Origin: Candidatus Spongiisociaceae bacterium
GTDB taxonomy: Bacteria > Actinomycetota > Acidimicrobiia > Spongiisociales > Spongiisociaceae
Assembly (NCBI GenBank): GCA_965202675.1
Contig: OZ241842.1
Coordinates: 323,188 to 387,187 of the forward strand
Length of the DNA: 64,000 nt
Direction of reading: 5' to 3'
A model generated the notes under the pieces. It was not told where the DNA came from. It saw nothing but the letters and a program-made list of their open reading frames with translations, and did not search any database. The first letter of the stretch is position 1. Each line of letters begins with the position of its first letter. Shown here one piece after another: positions 28,176-39,765 of the stretch. Made by a program: the position numbers and the translations under genes.

Positions 28176-29081
28176 TTACCGCAGGGCCCGGGGATGGGCC
28201 TCCACGTACACTTCGTGCAGGTGCCGGAGCGACATGCGCGTGTACACCTGCGTGGTGGAAACACTAGCGTGTCCGAGGATTTCCTGTACGGTGCGCAGGT
28301 CGGCGCCCCCCTCCACCATGTGGGTGGCGGCCGAATGGCGCAGGACATGGGGCGAGATGCGGGCGGCGGGGATGCCCGCCCGTTGCGCATGCTTGCGCAC
28401 GATTCCGAAGACCCCCTGGCGGGTCAGCCGCCCCCCCCTGGCGTTGAGGAACACCGCCCCCGGATCATCCCCCGGGCGGCGCAGCTCCAGCCGGTCCGGA
28501 AGGTAACCCTCGATGGCCTCCGCGGCGGGCCGGCCCAGCGGCACCATCCGCTGCTTCGACCCCTTGCCGGTGACCAGGGCGCTGCGGGTGTCCAGATCCA
28601 GCTCCGCCAGATCGAGGCCCACCAGCTCGCTCACCCGCACCCCCGTCCCGTACAGGGTCTCCAGCATGGCCCTGTCCCGCCTGCCCAGCACCGTGTCCGC
28701 GGGGGGCGCCTCCACCAGGCCGATCGCCTCGTGCACATCGAGCGCCTTGGGGAAACCCAGCCGGCTGCGGGGCGTCTCGGCGAACCGGGTGGGGTCCTCC
28801 TCCGCCTCCCCCTCCGCCACCAGAAACCGATGGAACCCCCGCACCGCCGCCAGCTTGCGGGCCACGGTGGAAACCTCCATGCCCCGCTCATGCAGCGAGG
28901 CCAGATACCCGTCCACCAGCTCCGGCGTGGGCTCCTCCCCCTCCAGAAACGCCAGATACCCCTCCAGGTCCCCCCGGTAGGCGGTAACCGTGTTGCGGCT
29001 CAGCCCCCTCTCCACCGCCAACGCAGACAGATACCCCTCCGTCTGGGGTTCAAGTGGATGGGGTTCGACCTTCTGCGTCAT
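28176..29081 (-). CDS. xerD: site-specific tyrosine recombinase XerD
   Basis: Catalytic R..HxxR..Y block (PHVLRHSAATHM, LGHASVSTTQVYT); chromosomal context next to pyrG as in other actinobacteria. Confidence 0.85.
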   Translation of the reverse strand: MTQKVEPHPLEPQTEGYLSALAVERGLSRNTVTAYRGDLEGYLAFLEGEEPTPELVDGYLASLHERGMEVSTVARKLAAVRGFHRFLVAEGEAEEDPTRFAETPRSRLGFPKALDVHEAIGLVEAPPADTVLGRRDRAMLETLYGTGVRVSELVGLDLAELDLDTRSALVTGKGSKQRMVPLGRPAAEAIEGYLPDRLELRRPGDDPGAVFLNARGGRLTRQGVFGIVRKHAQRAGIPAARISPHVLRHSAATHMVEGGADLRTVQEILGHASVSTTQVYTRMSLRHLHEVYVEAHPRALR

Positions 29082-29397
29082 GCAAGCCCCTATGCAGGTG
29101 ATTAATGCAGTCTCCCCATGTTACGGCCGTAAGGCCGTGATCAGTGGAACATTCTGCCGCGCTCATCGCCTGCCTCGACTCGAAGGCCACCGAGCGAATT
29201 GCGCTCTCATGTATTCCGGGGATACGAAGCTCTTCATCACGGATCAGCTGCTGGCAAGTCTCGACCCGTGTACACTGGACGAAGGGACAGAAGCGGTGTG
29301 CACATCCCCGCGTGGTCGGATGCTTCTCCGGATGTAACATTGCCGCTCGTTTGGGAACCCACTGGATGATTCAGCGGGGAGGAAGGATGAAGGAACG

Positions 29398-29634
29398 ATG
29401 ACTGTCGCTGACGTGTTTTACGACATCACCGAAACCGCCGAAGGCTGGGAAGTCGCCGCTGGCGGCCGGGGCGGCAACTGGAAACGGATGTACCCTACCG
29501 CTCATGCCGCGCAACAAGCCGTCCTCGCCGCCGAGGAAGAACAAACCGCCGCGGAAGGCCGTGACCGGACAGCAGTGATCGACTGGACGCCGGTCACCGC
29601 CGTCGGGAGGGCGGTCGTCGCGGCTATCACCTGA
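29398..29634 (+). CDS. small hypothetical protein (78 aa)
   Basis: Good RBS GGAGGAAGG upstream; lower-GC island. Confidence 0.4.
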   Translation: MTVADVFYDITETAEGWEVAAGGRGGNWKRMYPTAHAAQQAVLAAEEEQTAAEGRDRTAVIDWTPVTAVGRAVVAAIT

Positions 29635-29649
29635 AAGGAACCAAGAACG

Positions 29650-29877
29650 ATGACAAACCATCTGTCTTTCTTCGAGTACCTTGACCGGGCGGCCTGCGAC
29701 GAGCCGTACACCGACGAGGATTGGCGTCTTGCAACAGAGCGGGTGCGGGCAATCCGCGAAAGAGTGTTGGCCGATCCCAGGATCGCCGAACTCGAAGACC
29801 GTAAATATGCCGAGATTACCAGGCGAGTCCAAAAGCTCAAGGCGGTTCGCCGCGACGGCGGACGGCTCGAGTCATAG
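29650..29877 (+). CDS. small hypothetical protein (75 aa)
   Basis: RBS AAAGGAA upstream; 15-nt gap to previous gene. Confidence 0.4.
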   Translation: MTNHLSFFEYLDRAACDEPYTDEDWRLATERVRAIRERVLADPRIAELEDRKYAEITRRVQKLKAVRRDGGRLES

Positions 29878-29937
29878 ATGTTGGTTCGTCCCGAATCACC
29901 AATGAGCGGCGGAGCGGTTGTTTGTATTCGCTTACGA

Positions 29938-30876
29938 CTATCGACGGCCGCCCAATCGGGCGAGCGAGCGGTGAGGCCTGACAAAGAGGTTGTAATAGTG
30001 CCAATTAACATAAGGAATAGCAGGCGGATCATATCCGGCCTGCGGCATTCGCATATGAGATCCTATCAGCTCCATGACAGGTAACTGCGCCTCCCCTCCC
30101 CGCGTAATCATGTGCTGGCTAACGAGTATTCGATGATCTTGGTCCAGTCCTAGAGCTCCGCGGTCGAACAGCCGGTGATGGAACACACAAAGCGCCATTC
30201 CATTGGTGATGTGGTCGGGCCCGTGATATGAACGCATCTTTACGTGGGCGGCATCGATCGCCAATGGTCGGCCCTTGAGACTCCCATTGAATCCACAGAA
30301 CGAACATTGGTTCTCATAAGCCAGCAGAACAGTGCGCCTGAAGTCGGGATCTCTGGGAGCCGCGACTGTCGTGACAAGATGCCCCAGATTGACCTCTTCA
30401 AGAATTTCAGCATGGAGAGTGTCCGGGAACTCCATATCCAATAGGGTGTTGACCACCCTGGAACGCACTTGCGGGCTCTGCAAAGCCAGCTCGAAATCGG
30501 GGGCCAAATAGCCGGTGGCCTCTTGCCGCAGGAACGGTGTACTTTCCCGTACATTCTGCGGCATGGCGGCTATATCGTTGCCGTTGGTATCCTCTACCCT
30601 CCACAGATCGCGTTCGGTTCCGAGGTATACGAAGGGGTTGGCCACTCGAAGCACGGTGCCCAGGCGATGCTTGTCCATCAATTGTTTCAAGTCCTCCTCA
30701 GCATCTTGGAAGGAGATTCGGGTAGGCAATCTTGCGGCTTGTCGTCCGATGAGCCACAGCAACAACAACGGTTTGTACGGCGCGCGTCTGTCCCCGCCGG
30801 CAAATCGCCTTATCGATCTGACCTTGTCGGCCCAATGTCTGGCGCTCTCCGGATCTGTCGTTCTTATGCGCTGCAC
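29938..30876 (-). CDS. HNH endonuclease family protein (HNH_2-like C-terminus), candidate modification-dependent restriction enzyme
   Basis: CSFCG...AAHVKMRSYHGPDHITNGMALCVFHHRLFDRGALGLD HNH signature at C-terminus; ~200-aa uncharacterised N-terminal domain. Confidence 0.75.
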   Translation of the reverse strand: MQRIRTTDPESARHWADKVRSIRRFAGGDRRAPYKPLLLLWLIGRQAARLPTRISFQDAEEDLKQLMDKHRLGTVLRVANPFVYLGTERDLWRVEDTNGNDIAAMPQNVRESTPFLRQEATGYLAPDFELALQSPQVRSRVVNTLLDMEFPDTLHAEILEEVNLGHLVTTVAAPRDPDFRRTVLLAYENQCSFCGFNGSLKGRPLAIDAAHVKMRSYHGPDHITNGMALCVFHHRLFDRGALGLDQDHRILVSQHMITRGGEAQLPVMELIGSHMRMPQAGYDPPAIPYVNWHYYNLFVRPHRSLARLGGRR

Positions 30877-30928
30877 GTCGAGGGTAAATCTAGCTCATGC
30901 AGAAAAGGCCTGCTCTGCGGGATCGGGG

Positions 30929-32236
30929 TCAACGCCGCTCCTCTCCCTCCGTCCGCTCCTCGGACGCCTCCGCGTCCGCCGCCCAGATGATGAGGCGCAG
31001 CTCGCTGTCGTCGATCACGGTGTACTCGGGCCGCCGCCCCGACAGGGCGCGGCTCTCGTCGAGGATGATCGGCACCCCGTCCCCCCGCCGCTCCATCATG
31101 TAGGTACGGTTCAGGCGCTCGTTGTCGACGGGGCATCTGACCAGGAGGGAGGCGATCAGCTCGTTTCTGCTGTGCTGCCGATACTGCATGCCTTCCGTTG
31201 TCAGCGTGTTGGTGAGGCCGCCCGGAACGTACAGCTCGATCCGATCCTTGAACATATGCAGCCTGATCCGGGCACCCGCCATCGAATAATCACGGTGCGC
31301 CACCGCGTTCACGAGCGCCTCGAACACGGCGCGCTCGCTGTATTGCGGCCGCTCCGTCCGGGCCAGTTTCTTTGCAGCTCTGGTGAACATGTTCTTGCGG
31401 ACAAAGCCAAGAGCCTCCATAACCTGGGTGTCCAGAGGGCCGACAATGTCGCGGGCGTCTGGTTGATAGTTGATATCTGATCTCTCTCCGGTGTAACTGA
31501 CTGCTTGAATGTATGCATGAGGTATCCGGTCGCTCGGTGTTCGGGTACACATCAGAACCCCGGCTACTGTGATACCGGCATTGCCGCTTCTATCGTAAGC
31601 GATGATCCTCATGTTGCTCAGTGTTTCCTCGGTCATATCAATATTGTGCCGGAGATATTTACCGACCAAAACAGGGTCCAGCATATCCGGTGTGGTTCTA
31701 GGAACTATCAATTCATCAAATCTTATCATTCTATTTTGACTGTGTTCTTGAAATATCCTCGAAAGCAATTCTGGCCTCATTTTACGGTTGGAGTTTCCTG
31801 TTCTACGAAAGTAACCGTTTGGACTACTGTGTACAAACATACTGCGGGCGACATCAATATAGATTATTGGAACGGGGTTGCCCTCGAAATCAGGCAGTTT
31901 GACCTTGCGGATCAATACATCTAGCGGAGGATCCACAGAATCGCCGCATATTCCGCTTGCCCATTCTTCTACAGCCGCTAGGTGTTCGATAGGGATTCCC
32001 AGGACTTCATTATCTTTATCAGAGGCTCCCAGAACAACAGTCCCGCCTCTGCTGTTTGCCATGCCCGCCATGGTGTCTGCCAGGTCATTGCGCCTTGGGC
32101 CGACCACTTTGGAACCGCTCAAGAAAACTTGTTGAAGCTCCAGGTTCAAATCTTCACCGAGCCGTATACGGCTCGCCAAACTTCTGGTGTCTACCATGTT
32201 CCTGTACCTCGTTTTCTGCGCCCGGTGGCAAGCCAA
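30929..32236 (-). CDS. AlbA_2 (Schlafen-like) + HATPase_c_4 domain protein (COG2865-type putative DNA-binding ATPase/regulator)
   Basis: N-terminal GGTVVLG...DNEVLGI divergent-AAA/AlbA_2 block, C-terminal NAVAHRDY histidine-kinase-like ATPase motif; 435 aa. Confidence 0.65.
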   Translation of the reverse strand: MACHRAQKTRYRNMVDTRSLASRIRLGEDLNLELQQVFLSGSKVVGPRRNDLADTMAGMANSRGGTVVLGASDKDNEVLGIPIEHLAAVEEWASGICGDSVDPPLDVLIRKVKLPDFEGNPVPIIYIDVARSMFVHSSPNGYFRRTGNSNRKMRPELLSRIFQEHSQNRMIRFDELIVPRTTPDMLDPVLVGKYLRHNIDMTEETLSNMRIIAYDRSGNAGITVAGVLMCTRTPSDRIPHAYIQAVSYTGERSDINYQPDARDIVGPLDTQVMEALGFVRKNMFTRAAKKLARTERPQYSERAVFEALVNAVAHRDYSMAGARIRLHMFKDRIELYVPGGLTNTLTTEGMQYRQHSRNELIASLLVRCPVDNERLNRTYMMERRGDGVPIILDESRALSGRRPEYTVIDDSELRLIIWAADAEASEERTEGEERR

Positions 32237-32248
32237 CGCCGCTTGGGG

Positions 32249-34324
<2,076 letters not shown>

Positions 34325-34783
34325 CTAGTTGGTTTCGCGTAAGTGAAGGAAGTTAATCGCTGTGTTGTCGTCCTTGCCTTCTAGGTAAAGGTACAAGTCT
34401 ACAGTGAGGAGCGGTGTTTCCGGTTTGGCGGCCTCGAGAAGCGCCGCATCCGTCAACCCAAGCCGCTTGAACTCGCTGTTCTGTGAAGCCGTCCGACTTG
34501 CAATGACGATTTCTTCACTTCTTTGTATTAGTAGTTGAAGCTGTTCAAAGAGCGCAGATCTTTCAGGCTCTCTGTGCTGGGCTAGTAGATTTGATGCTTC
34601 TGTGAGGGTGTTCGGTGTTACATATACATGCTTGACAGGTTTCAATAGCTCGCGCAAAAGCCTGTAATCATCAGATGTATAACCGCCGAGCCTGCGATGT
34701 TTGTATATCAAACCAATATCTACATCACCTGCGACCAGCAGCGTCAGCAGGTTTGCATCTATAAAGTATCCGATAGGTGACAC
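34325..34783 (-). CDS. PIN-like domain protein
   Basis: N-terminal FIDANLL (Asp1), TEAS, LTDAALL acidic residues in PIN-like spacing; GTG start 4 nt after upstream gene stop; low GC. Confidence 0.5.
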   Translation of the reverse strand: MSPIGYFIDANLLTLLVAGDVDIGLIYKHRRLGGYTSDDYRLLRELLKPVKHVYVTPNTLTEASNLLAQHREPERSALFEQLQLLIQRSEEIVIASRTASQNSEFKRLGLTDAALLEAAKPETPLLTVDLYLYLEGKDDNTAINFLHLRETN

Positions 34784-34787
34784 TGGC

Positions 34788-35072
34788 TTAGTTAGGTGCA
34801 GGCAAGATTCGATCTTCGACCGATAAGATCTTACCTTCTTTATCGTCGATGCAAACTACTTTATAGGCGCGGCCTTCGGCTCTGGTCATTATTGGATGAC
34901 CGAGCGGACCATTTACCTGTTCCCACTCTCTATTGAAGCCGACAGTTATGAACCAATTATCCGAGTCATAATCAAGCTTGATCTCTTCGAGCCCGACAAA
35001 GTTTATGCCTTCTTCACCGAAGAGCTCGATGATGTGCTGCTTGGCTGCTCTTGCGGCTTCTTTGACATCCAC
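34788..35072 (-). CDS. hypothetical protein, upstream partner of PIN-like gene
   Basis: GTG start with AAGGAG RBS; 93 aa; translationally coupled to PIN-like gene. Confidence 0.4.
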   Translation of the reverse strand: MDVKEAARAAKQHIIELFGEEGINFVGLEEIKLDYDSDNWFITVGFNREWEQVNGPLGHPIMTRAEGRAYKVVCIDDKEGKILSVEDRILPAPN

Positions 35073-35225
35073 CGTCGGCTCCTTGTTTATTGGCTGCGGC
35101 CCTCTGCCGCAACTATGGTAACTGCCGAGGGCGGGCTCGGCAAGCGCGAAAATCGACCGCACCAGCACGTATGGAGGCGGCTTCCTTTCAACGATTCTGT
35201 GCCGCATGAGCTTACAGGGCGGGGG

Positions 35226-36824
35226 TCAGCCGGCCCGGCGGCGGGCCTGGGCGACGGCGCGCAGCTCGCCGGCGTGGCGGTGGCCGCGTTCGGAATCGGC
35301 CAGGCCCGACAGCATTCTCGACAGCTCGCGGAGGCGTTCTTGCTCGTCGAGCATCCGCACCGAGGCGGCGGGGCCGTCCCGCTCCACCGTGATGTGGGAA
35401 TCGGCGAAGGCGGCCACCTGCGGGAGGTGGCTGACGCAGAGCGCCTGGCGGCCCCGGGAGAGCCGGGCGAGCTTGGCGCCCATCTCCAGCGCCGCGGCGC
35501 CGCCCACGCCGGTGTCGATCTCGTCGAAGGCCACCACCCGGGCGGCGTCCGCCCCGGCCGCCAGCCGGAGCGACAGCACCAGGCGGCTCAGCTCCCCGCC
35601 CGACGCCACCCGGCCCACCGGGCCCGCCTTCAGCCGGGAATCCGAGGCGAACAGCAGCTCCACGGTGTCCGCCCCCGCCGACCGGGGCGCCGTCTCCCCC
35701 ACCTCGATGAGCACCACCGGATCGCTGAAGCCCAGCTCCCGCAGATGGGCGGCGGCCTCCTCCGCCAGACGGGAGGCGGCCTCCCCGCGGGCTTCCCGGA
35801 GGGCCTGCCCGGCCCGGTCCAGCGCCCGGGAAGCCTCGGCCCGGTCCGCGTCGAGGGAGGCGGCCCGCTCGAGCAGCCCACCCACCTCGGCGTGGCGGGC
35901 GCGGGCGGCCTCCCCGAACGACAGTATCTCCTCGATCCCCGCCCCGTACTTGCGCCGCAGGTCCCCCAGCAGGGCCAGGCGTTCGTTCACCGCGGCGAGC
36001 TTCTCGGGATCGTTTTCTATTCCTTCCCAGGCTTCCCGCACCCCGGATGCGGCCTCGGACAGCCCGGCGTCCAGGTTCTCCAGGGTCTCCCGCAGGGCGT
36101 TCTGGGAGGGGTCGAGGAGGCGCACCTCCCGGAGTATCGACACCGCCGGCCCCGTCCGCTCCCCGGCCTCCGCCAGCTCCTTGCGGGCTTCCCCCAGCAG
36201 CTCCCTGATCTGCTCGGCGTTGCCCAGGCGGCCGGCCAGCCGTTCCAGCTCGGCGTCCTCGCCGATCCGGAATCCGGCCTGCTCGATTTCCTCTGCCTGA
36301 TAGGAGAGCAGGTCCTGTTCCCTTTCCAGGGCGCGCAGGCCGCCCCCCAGCGCGGCGCGGTCCGACTCCAGCTCCCGGACCCTTTCCCAGGCCGCCCGGT
36401 ATTCCTCCAGCGGCTCTGGCGATTCCAGGCGCAGATCGATCAGGCCCCGGAGGGTGCCGGGCCGGGTCAGCGACAGGGGGTCGTGCTGGCCCACGATCTC
36501 CACCCGGCCGTCGAGGTGTTCGGCCAGCGCCCGGGCCGGAACCATCCCGCCGTCGATGTAGGCCCGGCTGCCGCGGGCGTGGATGCGCCGGGCGGCCACC
36601 ATCTCCCCGCCGTCCAGGACGAACCTTCCCTCCACCGCCGCTTCGGGGCCGCCGGGGCCGATGAGGCCGGCCCGGGCGGGGGCGCCGGTGAGCAGCCGCA
36701 GGGCGCCCAGCAGCAGCGTCTTGCCCGCCCCCGTCTCCCCGCTGACCACCACCATGCCGGGGCCGGGCGTGATCCGGGCCGACGAGATGATGCCCAGGTT
36801 GGTCACCGACAGCTCGTCAAGCAC
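35226..36824 (-). CDS. recN: DNA repair protein RecN
   Basis: N-terminal Walker A SGETGAGKT, coiled-coil centre, C-terminal signature/Walker B. Confidence 0.9.
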   Translation of the reverse strand: MLDELSVTNLGIISSARITPGPGMVVVSGETGAGKTLLLGALRLLTGAPARAGLIGPGGPEAAVEGRFVLDGGEMVAARRIHARGSRAYIDGGMVPARALAEHLDGRVEIVGQHDPLSLTRPGTLRGLIDLRLESPEPLEEYRAAWERVRELESDRAALGGGLRALEREQDLLSYQAEEIEQAGFRIGEDAELERLAGRLGNAEQIRELLGEARKELAEAGERTGPAVSILREVRLLDPSQNALRETLENLDAGLSEAASGVREAWEGIENDPEKLAAVNERLALLGDLRRKYGAGIEEILSFGEAARARHAEVGGLLERAASLDADRAEASRALDRAGQALREARGEAASRLAEEAAAHLRELGFSDPVVLIEVGETAPRSAGADTVELLFASDSRLKAGPVGRVASGGELSRLVLSLRLAAGADAARVVAFDEIDTGVGGAAALEMGAKLARLSRGRQALCVSHLPQVAAFADSHITVERDGPAASVRMLDEQERLRELSRMLSGLADSERGHRHAGELRAVAQARRRAG

Positions 36825-36827
36825 CGG

Positions 36828-37649
36828 TCATTCCAGGGAGAACTTGTGTTTGACCGCGGCGGGGAAACTGCGGTCGCTCAGGCTGGCGAACGCGACGTGT
36901 CCGGCGCTTTCCACGGTTACACGGCCGCCGGGCGGGACGGTGGCGATCTCGACCCCGTCCACCCCCACCCCCACCGAGAGATCCTCCATCACCTCGAAGC
37001 GGAGGGGCAGGCCGGGCGGGAACACCATGGAGCGGGAGAAGAGGGAATGGGGGGCGACCGGGGTGACCAACAGCAGATCCAGGGCGGGATCCACCAGCGG
37101 TCCGCCCGCCGACAGGTTGTAGGCGGTGGAGCCGGTGGGGGTGGCGGCCACCACCCCGTCCCCCCGGTAGGTGGTGAAGAGGTCCCCCTCCAGCGACAGC
37201 GCTAGGCGGATGATCCGTTGGTTCTCGACCTTTTCGATCACCACGTCGTTGAGCCCCACCGTGGGCGGCCCCCCGTTCACGGAGGCGGACAGCAGCATCC
37301 GCTCCGAGGTGTACCACTCCCCCGACACCAGCCGGTCGAGAATGTGCGGCAGGCCGCCGGGGGTTCCCTCGGCCAGGAAACCCAGCCGGCCGTCGTTCAC
37401 CCCGAAGATGGGGGCCCTGCTCTCCCGGCTGATCCGCACCGCCTTGAGGACGGTTCCGTCTCCGCCCACGGCGATCACCAGATCGAGGCCGGAGCCGGCG
37501 CCGAAACCGGTGGGTTCCACCCCCAGGGCGGAGGCGTTCTTCGGCGACGACAGCACCTCCGCCCCCCGGCTGCGGATCTCGGCGGCCAGGCGGCGGCACA
37601 GCGACAGGGTGCGTTCCCGGTCCTTGTGCGGCACCAGGGCGATCCTCAT
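36828..37649 (-). CDS. nadK: NAD kinase
   Basis: GGDGT motif (AVGGDGTVLKA), NDGRLGFL; ATG at 37649 overlaps tlyA stop. Confidence 0.9.
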   Translation of the reverse strand: MRIALVPHKDRERTLSLCRRLAAEIRSRGAEVLSSPKNASALGVEPTGFGAGSGLDLVIAVGGDGTVLKAVRISRESRAPIFGVNDGRLGFLAEGTPGGLPHILDRLVSGEWYTSERMLLSASVNGGPPTVGLNDVVIEKVENQRIIRLALSLEGDLFTTYRGDGVVAATPTGSTAYNLSAGGPLVDPALDLLLVTPVAPHSLFSRSMVFPPGLPLRFEVMEDLSVGVGVDGVEIATVPPGGRVTVESAGHVAFASLSDRSFPAAVKHKFSLE

Positions 37650-38419
37650 CCGGCCGCCTCCCGCACCTGTTCCGGGCCGACCGCCGGTGCCCCCGCCCGG
37701 AACCACCCGAACACCTCCCGGTTCCCCTTGGCGCCTTCGATCGGCGACGGCATCAGGTTCAGCGCGCCCAGGCCCGCCTCGGCCAGGCCGGACACTGCGC
37801 CGGTTACCGCCTGCGCCCGGACCTCCGCGTCCCGCAGCACGCCCCGGCGGTCGACCGCCCCCCGCCCGGCTTCGAACTGCGGTTTGATCAGCAGCAGGTA
37901 GTCGGCGCCGGCGCCGCCCAGCCCGGCCAGCGCCCGGGCGATGGTGCGCAGGGAGATGAACGAGACGTCGGCGGCGACCAGATCGAAGGGCACCCCCAGG
38001 CGGGCGGGGTCTGCGTACCGGATGTTGGTGCGCTCCACCACGGAGACCCGGGGGTCGCGGCGCAGGGACAGGTGCAGCTGGCCGTACCCCACGTCCACCG
38101 CCGTTACATGGACGGCCCCGTGTTCGAGCAGGCAATGGGTGAACCCCCCGGTGGAGGCCCCCACGTCCACCGCCCGGCGCCCGGCTGCGGACACCCCGAA
38201 TCCGCGCAGGGCGGCCTCCAGCTTCAGGCCGCCCCGGCTCACGTAGCGGGGGCGGTCCGCCGCTATGCGCACCGCCGCCCCGGCGTCGATCATGGTGGCC
38301 GGTTTGGGGGCGGGGATGCCCGCCACCACCACCTTGCCCTCGCGGATGAACCGGGCGGCGGCGGTGCGCGAATCGGCCAGGCGGCGGCGCACCAGCTCGG
38401 CGTCGAGGCGGCGCCTCAT
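37646..38419 (-). CDS. tlyA: TlyA family rRNA (cytidine-2'-O)-methyltransferase
   Basis: S4 domain N-terminus, SAM motif VDVGASTGGFT, FtsJ-like fold. Confidence 0.85.
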   Translation of the reverse strand: MRRRLDAELVRRRLADSRTAAARFIREGKVVVAGIPAPKPATMIDAGAAVRIAADRPRYVSRGGLKLEAALRGFGVSAAGRRAVDVGASTGGFTHCLLEHGAVHVTAVDVGYGQLHLSLRRDPRVSVVERTNIRYADPARLGVPFDLVAADVSFISLRTIARALAGLGGAGADYLLLIKPQFEAGRGAVDRRGVLRDAEVRAQAVTGAVSGLAEAGLGALNLMPSPIEGAKGNREVFGWFRAGAPAVGPEQVREAAG

Positions 38420-38643
38420 GACTGGTCCTCCGGGCCGGGGTGCCCGGCGGGCGGGTCGAGAACGGCCCGCGCCTCGGGGTCGTCGGCCCCCTCCAGCCGG
38501 GCGGCCAGCAGCTCGGCCAGGGCGGCGGCCGGCTCGGGGGCGTCCTCCGCGTCGGTCTGCTCCAGGGCCCTCAGGTAACGGTCGAGGTCCTCGTCGGTCG
38601 CGCCGCCGCCGGACGGGGCCGGGGTGTCTCCTGGTCGGTCCAT
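38416..38643 (-). CDS. small acidic hypothetical protein (75 aa)
   Basis: Start overlaps tlyA stop region (coupled); Asp/Glu/Ala-rich. Confidence 0.4.
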   Translation of the reverse strand: MDRPGDTPAPSGGGATDEDLDRYLRALEQTDAEDAPEPAAALAELLAARLEGADDPEARAVLDPPAGHPGPEDQS

Positions 38644-38804
38644 GCCGCCATTATCGCGCCTCCGGGCGGCCTGTAAGCCGATTCGGGGAGGTGTTTTTTC
38701 GCGAACCGCGGGGCTGTCCGCCGCCGATCGACAAGGGAGCGGCCCGGCGGGGCAGCCTCCGGTCGTATCATCGGCGCCTTCGGGGGTTGAACAAGGAGGG
38801 CGGC

Positions 38805-39761
38805 GTGACAGGGAGGACGGTTGTTGTTCCGGTGCGGGCCGACGCGGAGCGGGCGGCGGCGGCGTTGTCTGACGCCGGGGTGGGCCGGGTGGTGCTGTTC
38901 GGCTCGGTGGCGCGCGGCGAAGCCACCGAGCGAAGCGACATCGACCTGATGGCCATCTACGACGACCTCGACTACGGGGAGCGGTGGAAGATGCGCTGCG
39001 AGTTGAAAGAGTTGGCCGAGCAGGCGGCGGGTTTCTCGGTGGATGTGAGCGTGACCGACCGGGCGGAGTGGAGGATGCGCACCACCCGGGTGCTTACGTC
39101 GTTCGAGGGGCGCGTCGACCGTCAGGGGGTGGTGCTGGTGGACCGCCCCGCCGATGATGTGGATTGGGGCAAGGAGATGGTGCTGCCCGCCGGCGACTGC
39201 GAGGAAGCCCTCGACCGGCTGGGGCGCACAAGAGTCGCGCTGGGCGAGCTGCTCGACCATCTCCGGCCCAGCCCGGTCGAGCAGGGCGGTCTCGGGGTAG
39301 ATGTGCGGGCGCGGCTGATGGGCCGGTTGCAGAGCGGCTGCGGAAACGCCCGTACGGCGGTCGAGCTGGCGGTCAAAGCGCTCATCCATCTCGGGGCCGA
39401 CCCCGCCAAGACACCGCGGGGGCATGACATCGAGAAGCTCTGCGCCCAGCTGTCCGAGCCCCATCGCAGCGTCCTGACATCAATGCTGGAACCGCTCGGT
39501 GCCCGGAGGATCACACCCCGGCGCACCGACGCTATCTACGGCAGGTCGGGCCGGGATCCCGGCGCCGCTCCGGAGCTGCTGGGTGAAATGGCGCGCACAG
39601 CCTGCCGGGTGGCTGTATACGCCGCCGACCTGTTCCCCGCCGATGCACCCGCCGCGTCTGATATCCGCGTGTACGCCGCCTACATAGAGGACTATCTCGA
39701 CAGTTTCGCCGTCGACACCGGCGAACCTCTCCGGCGCGGCGGCCCCGGCCGCCGGGAGTGA
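38805..39761 (+). CDS. nucleotidyltransferase (Pol-beta/MNT-like) fused to C-terminal HEPN-like domain
   Basis: GTG with AAGGAGGG RBS; LFGSVARGEATERSDIDLM NTase motif; C-terminal helical domain with R...H (RGHDIEKL) HEPN-like motif. Confidence 0.6.
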   Translation: MTGRTVVVPVRADAERAAAALSDAGVGRVVLFGSVARGEATERSDIDLMAIYDDLDYGERWKMRCELKELAEQAAGFSVDVSVTDRAEWRMRTTRVLTSFEGRVDRQGVVLVDRPADDVDWGKEMVLPAGDCEEALDRLGRTRVALGELLDHLRPSPVEQGGLGVDVRARLMGRLQSGCGNARTAVELAVKALIHLGADPAKTPRGHDIEKLCAQLSEPHRSVLTSMLEPLGARRITPRRTDAIYGRSGRDPGAAPELLGEMARTACRVAVYAADLFPADAPAASDIRVYAAYIEDYLDSFAVDTGEPLRRGGPGRRE

Positions 39762-39765
39762 ACGA

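Noticed and set aside
29082-29397. ORFs 28990-29337 (+), 29050-29340 (-) and 29144-29401 (+) at the xerD-proximal island junction
   Set aside because: Mutually overlapping, no RBS and odd composition. Treated as non-coding junction DNA of the inserted island.
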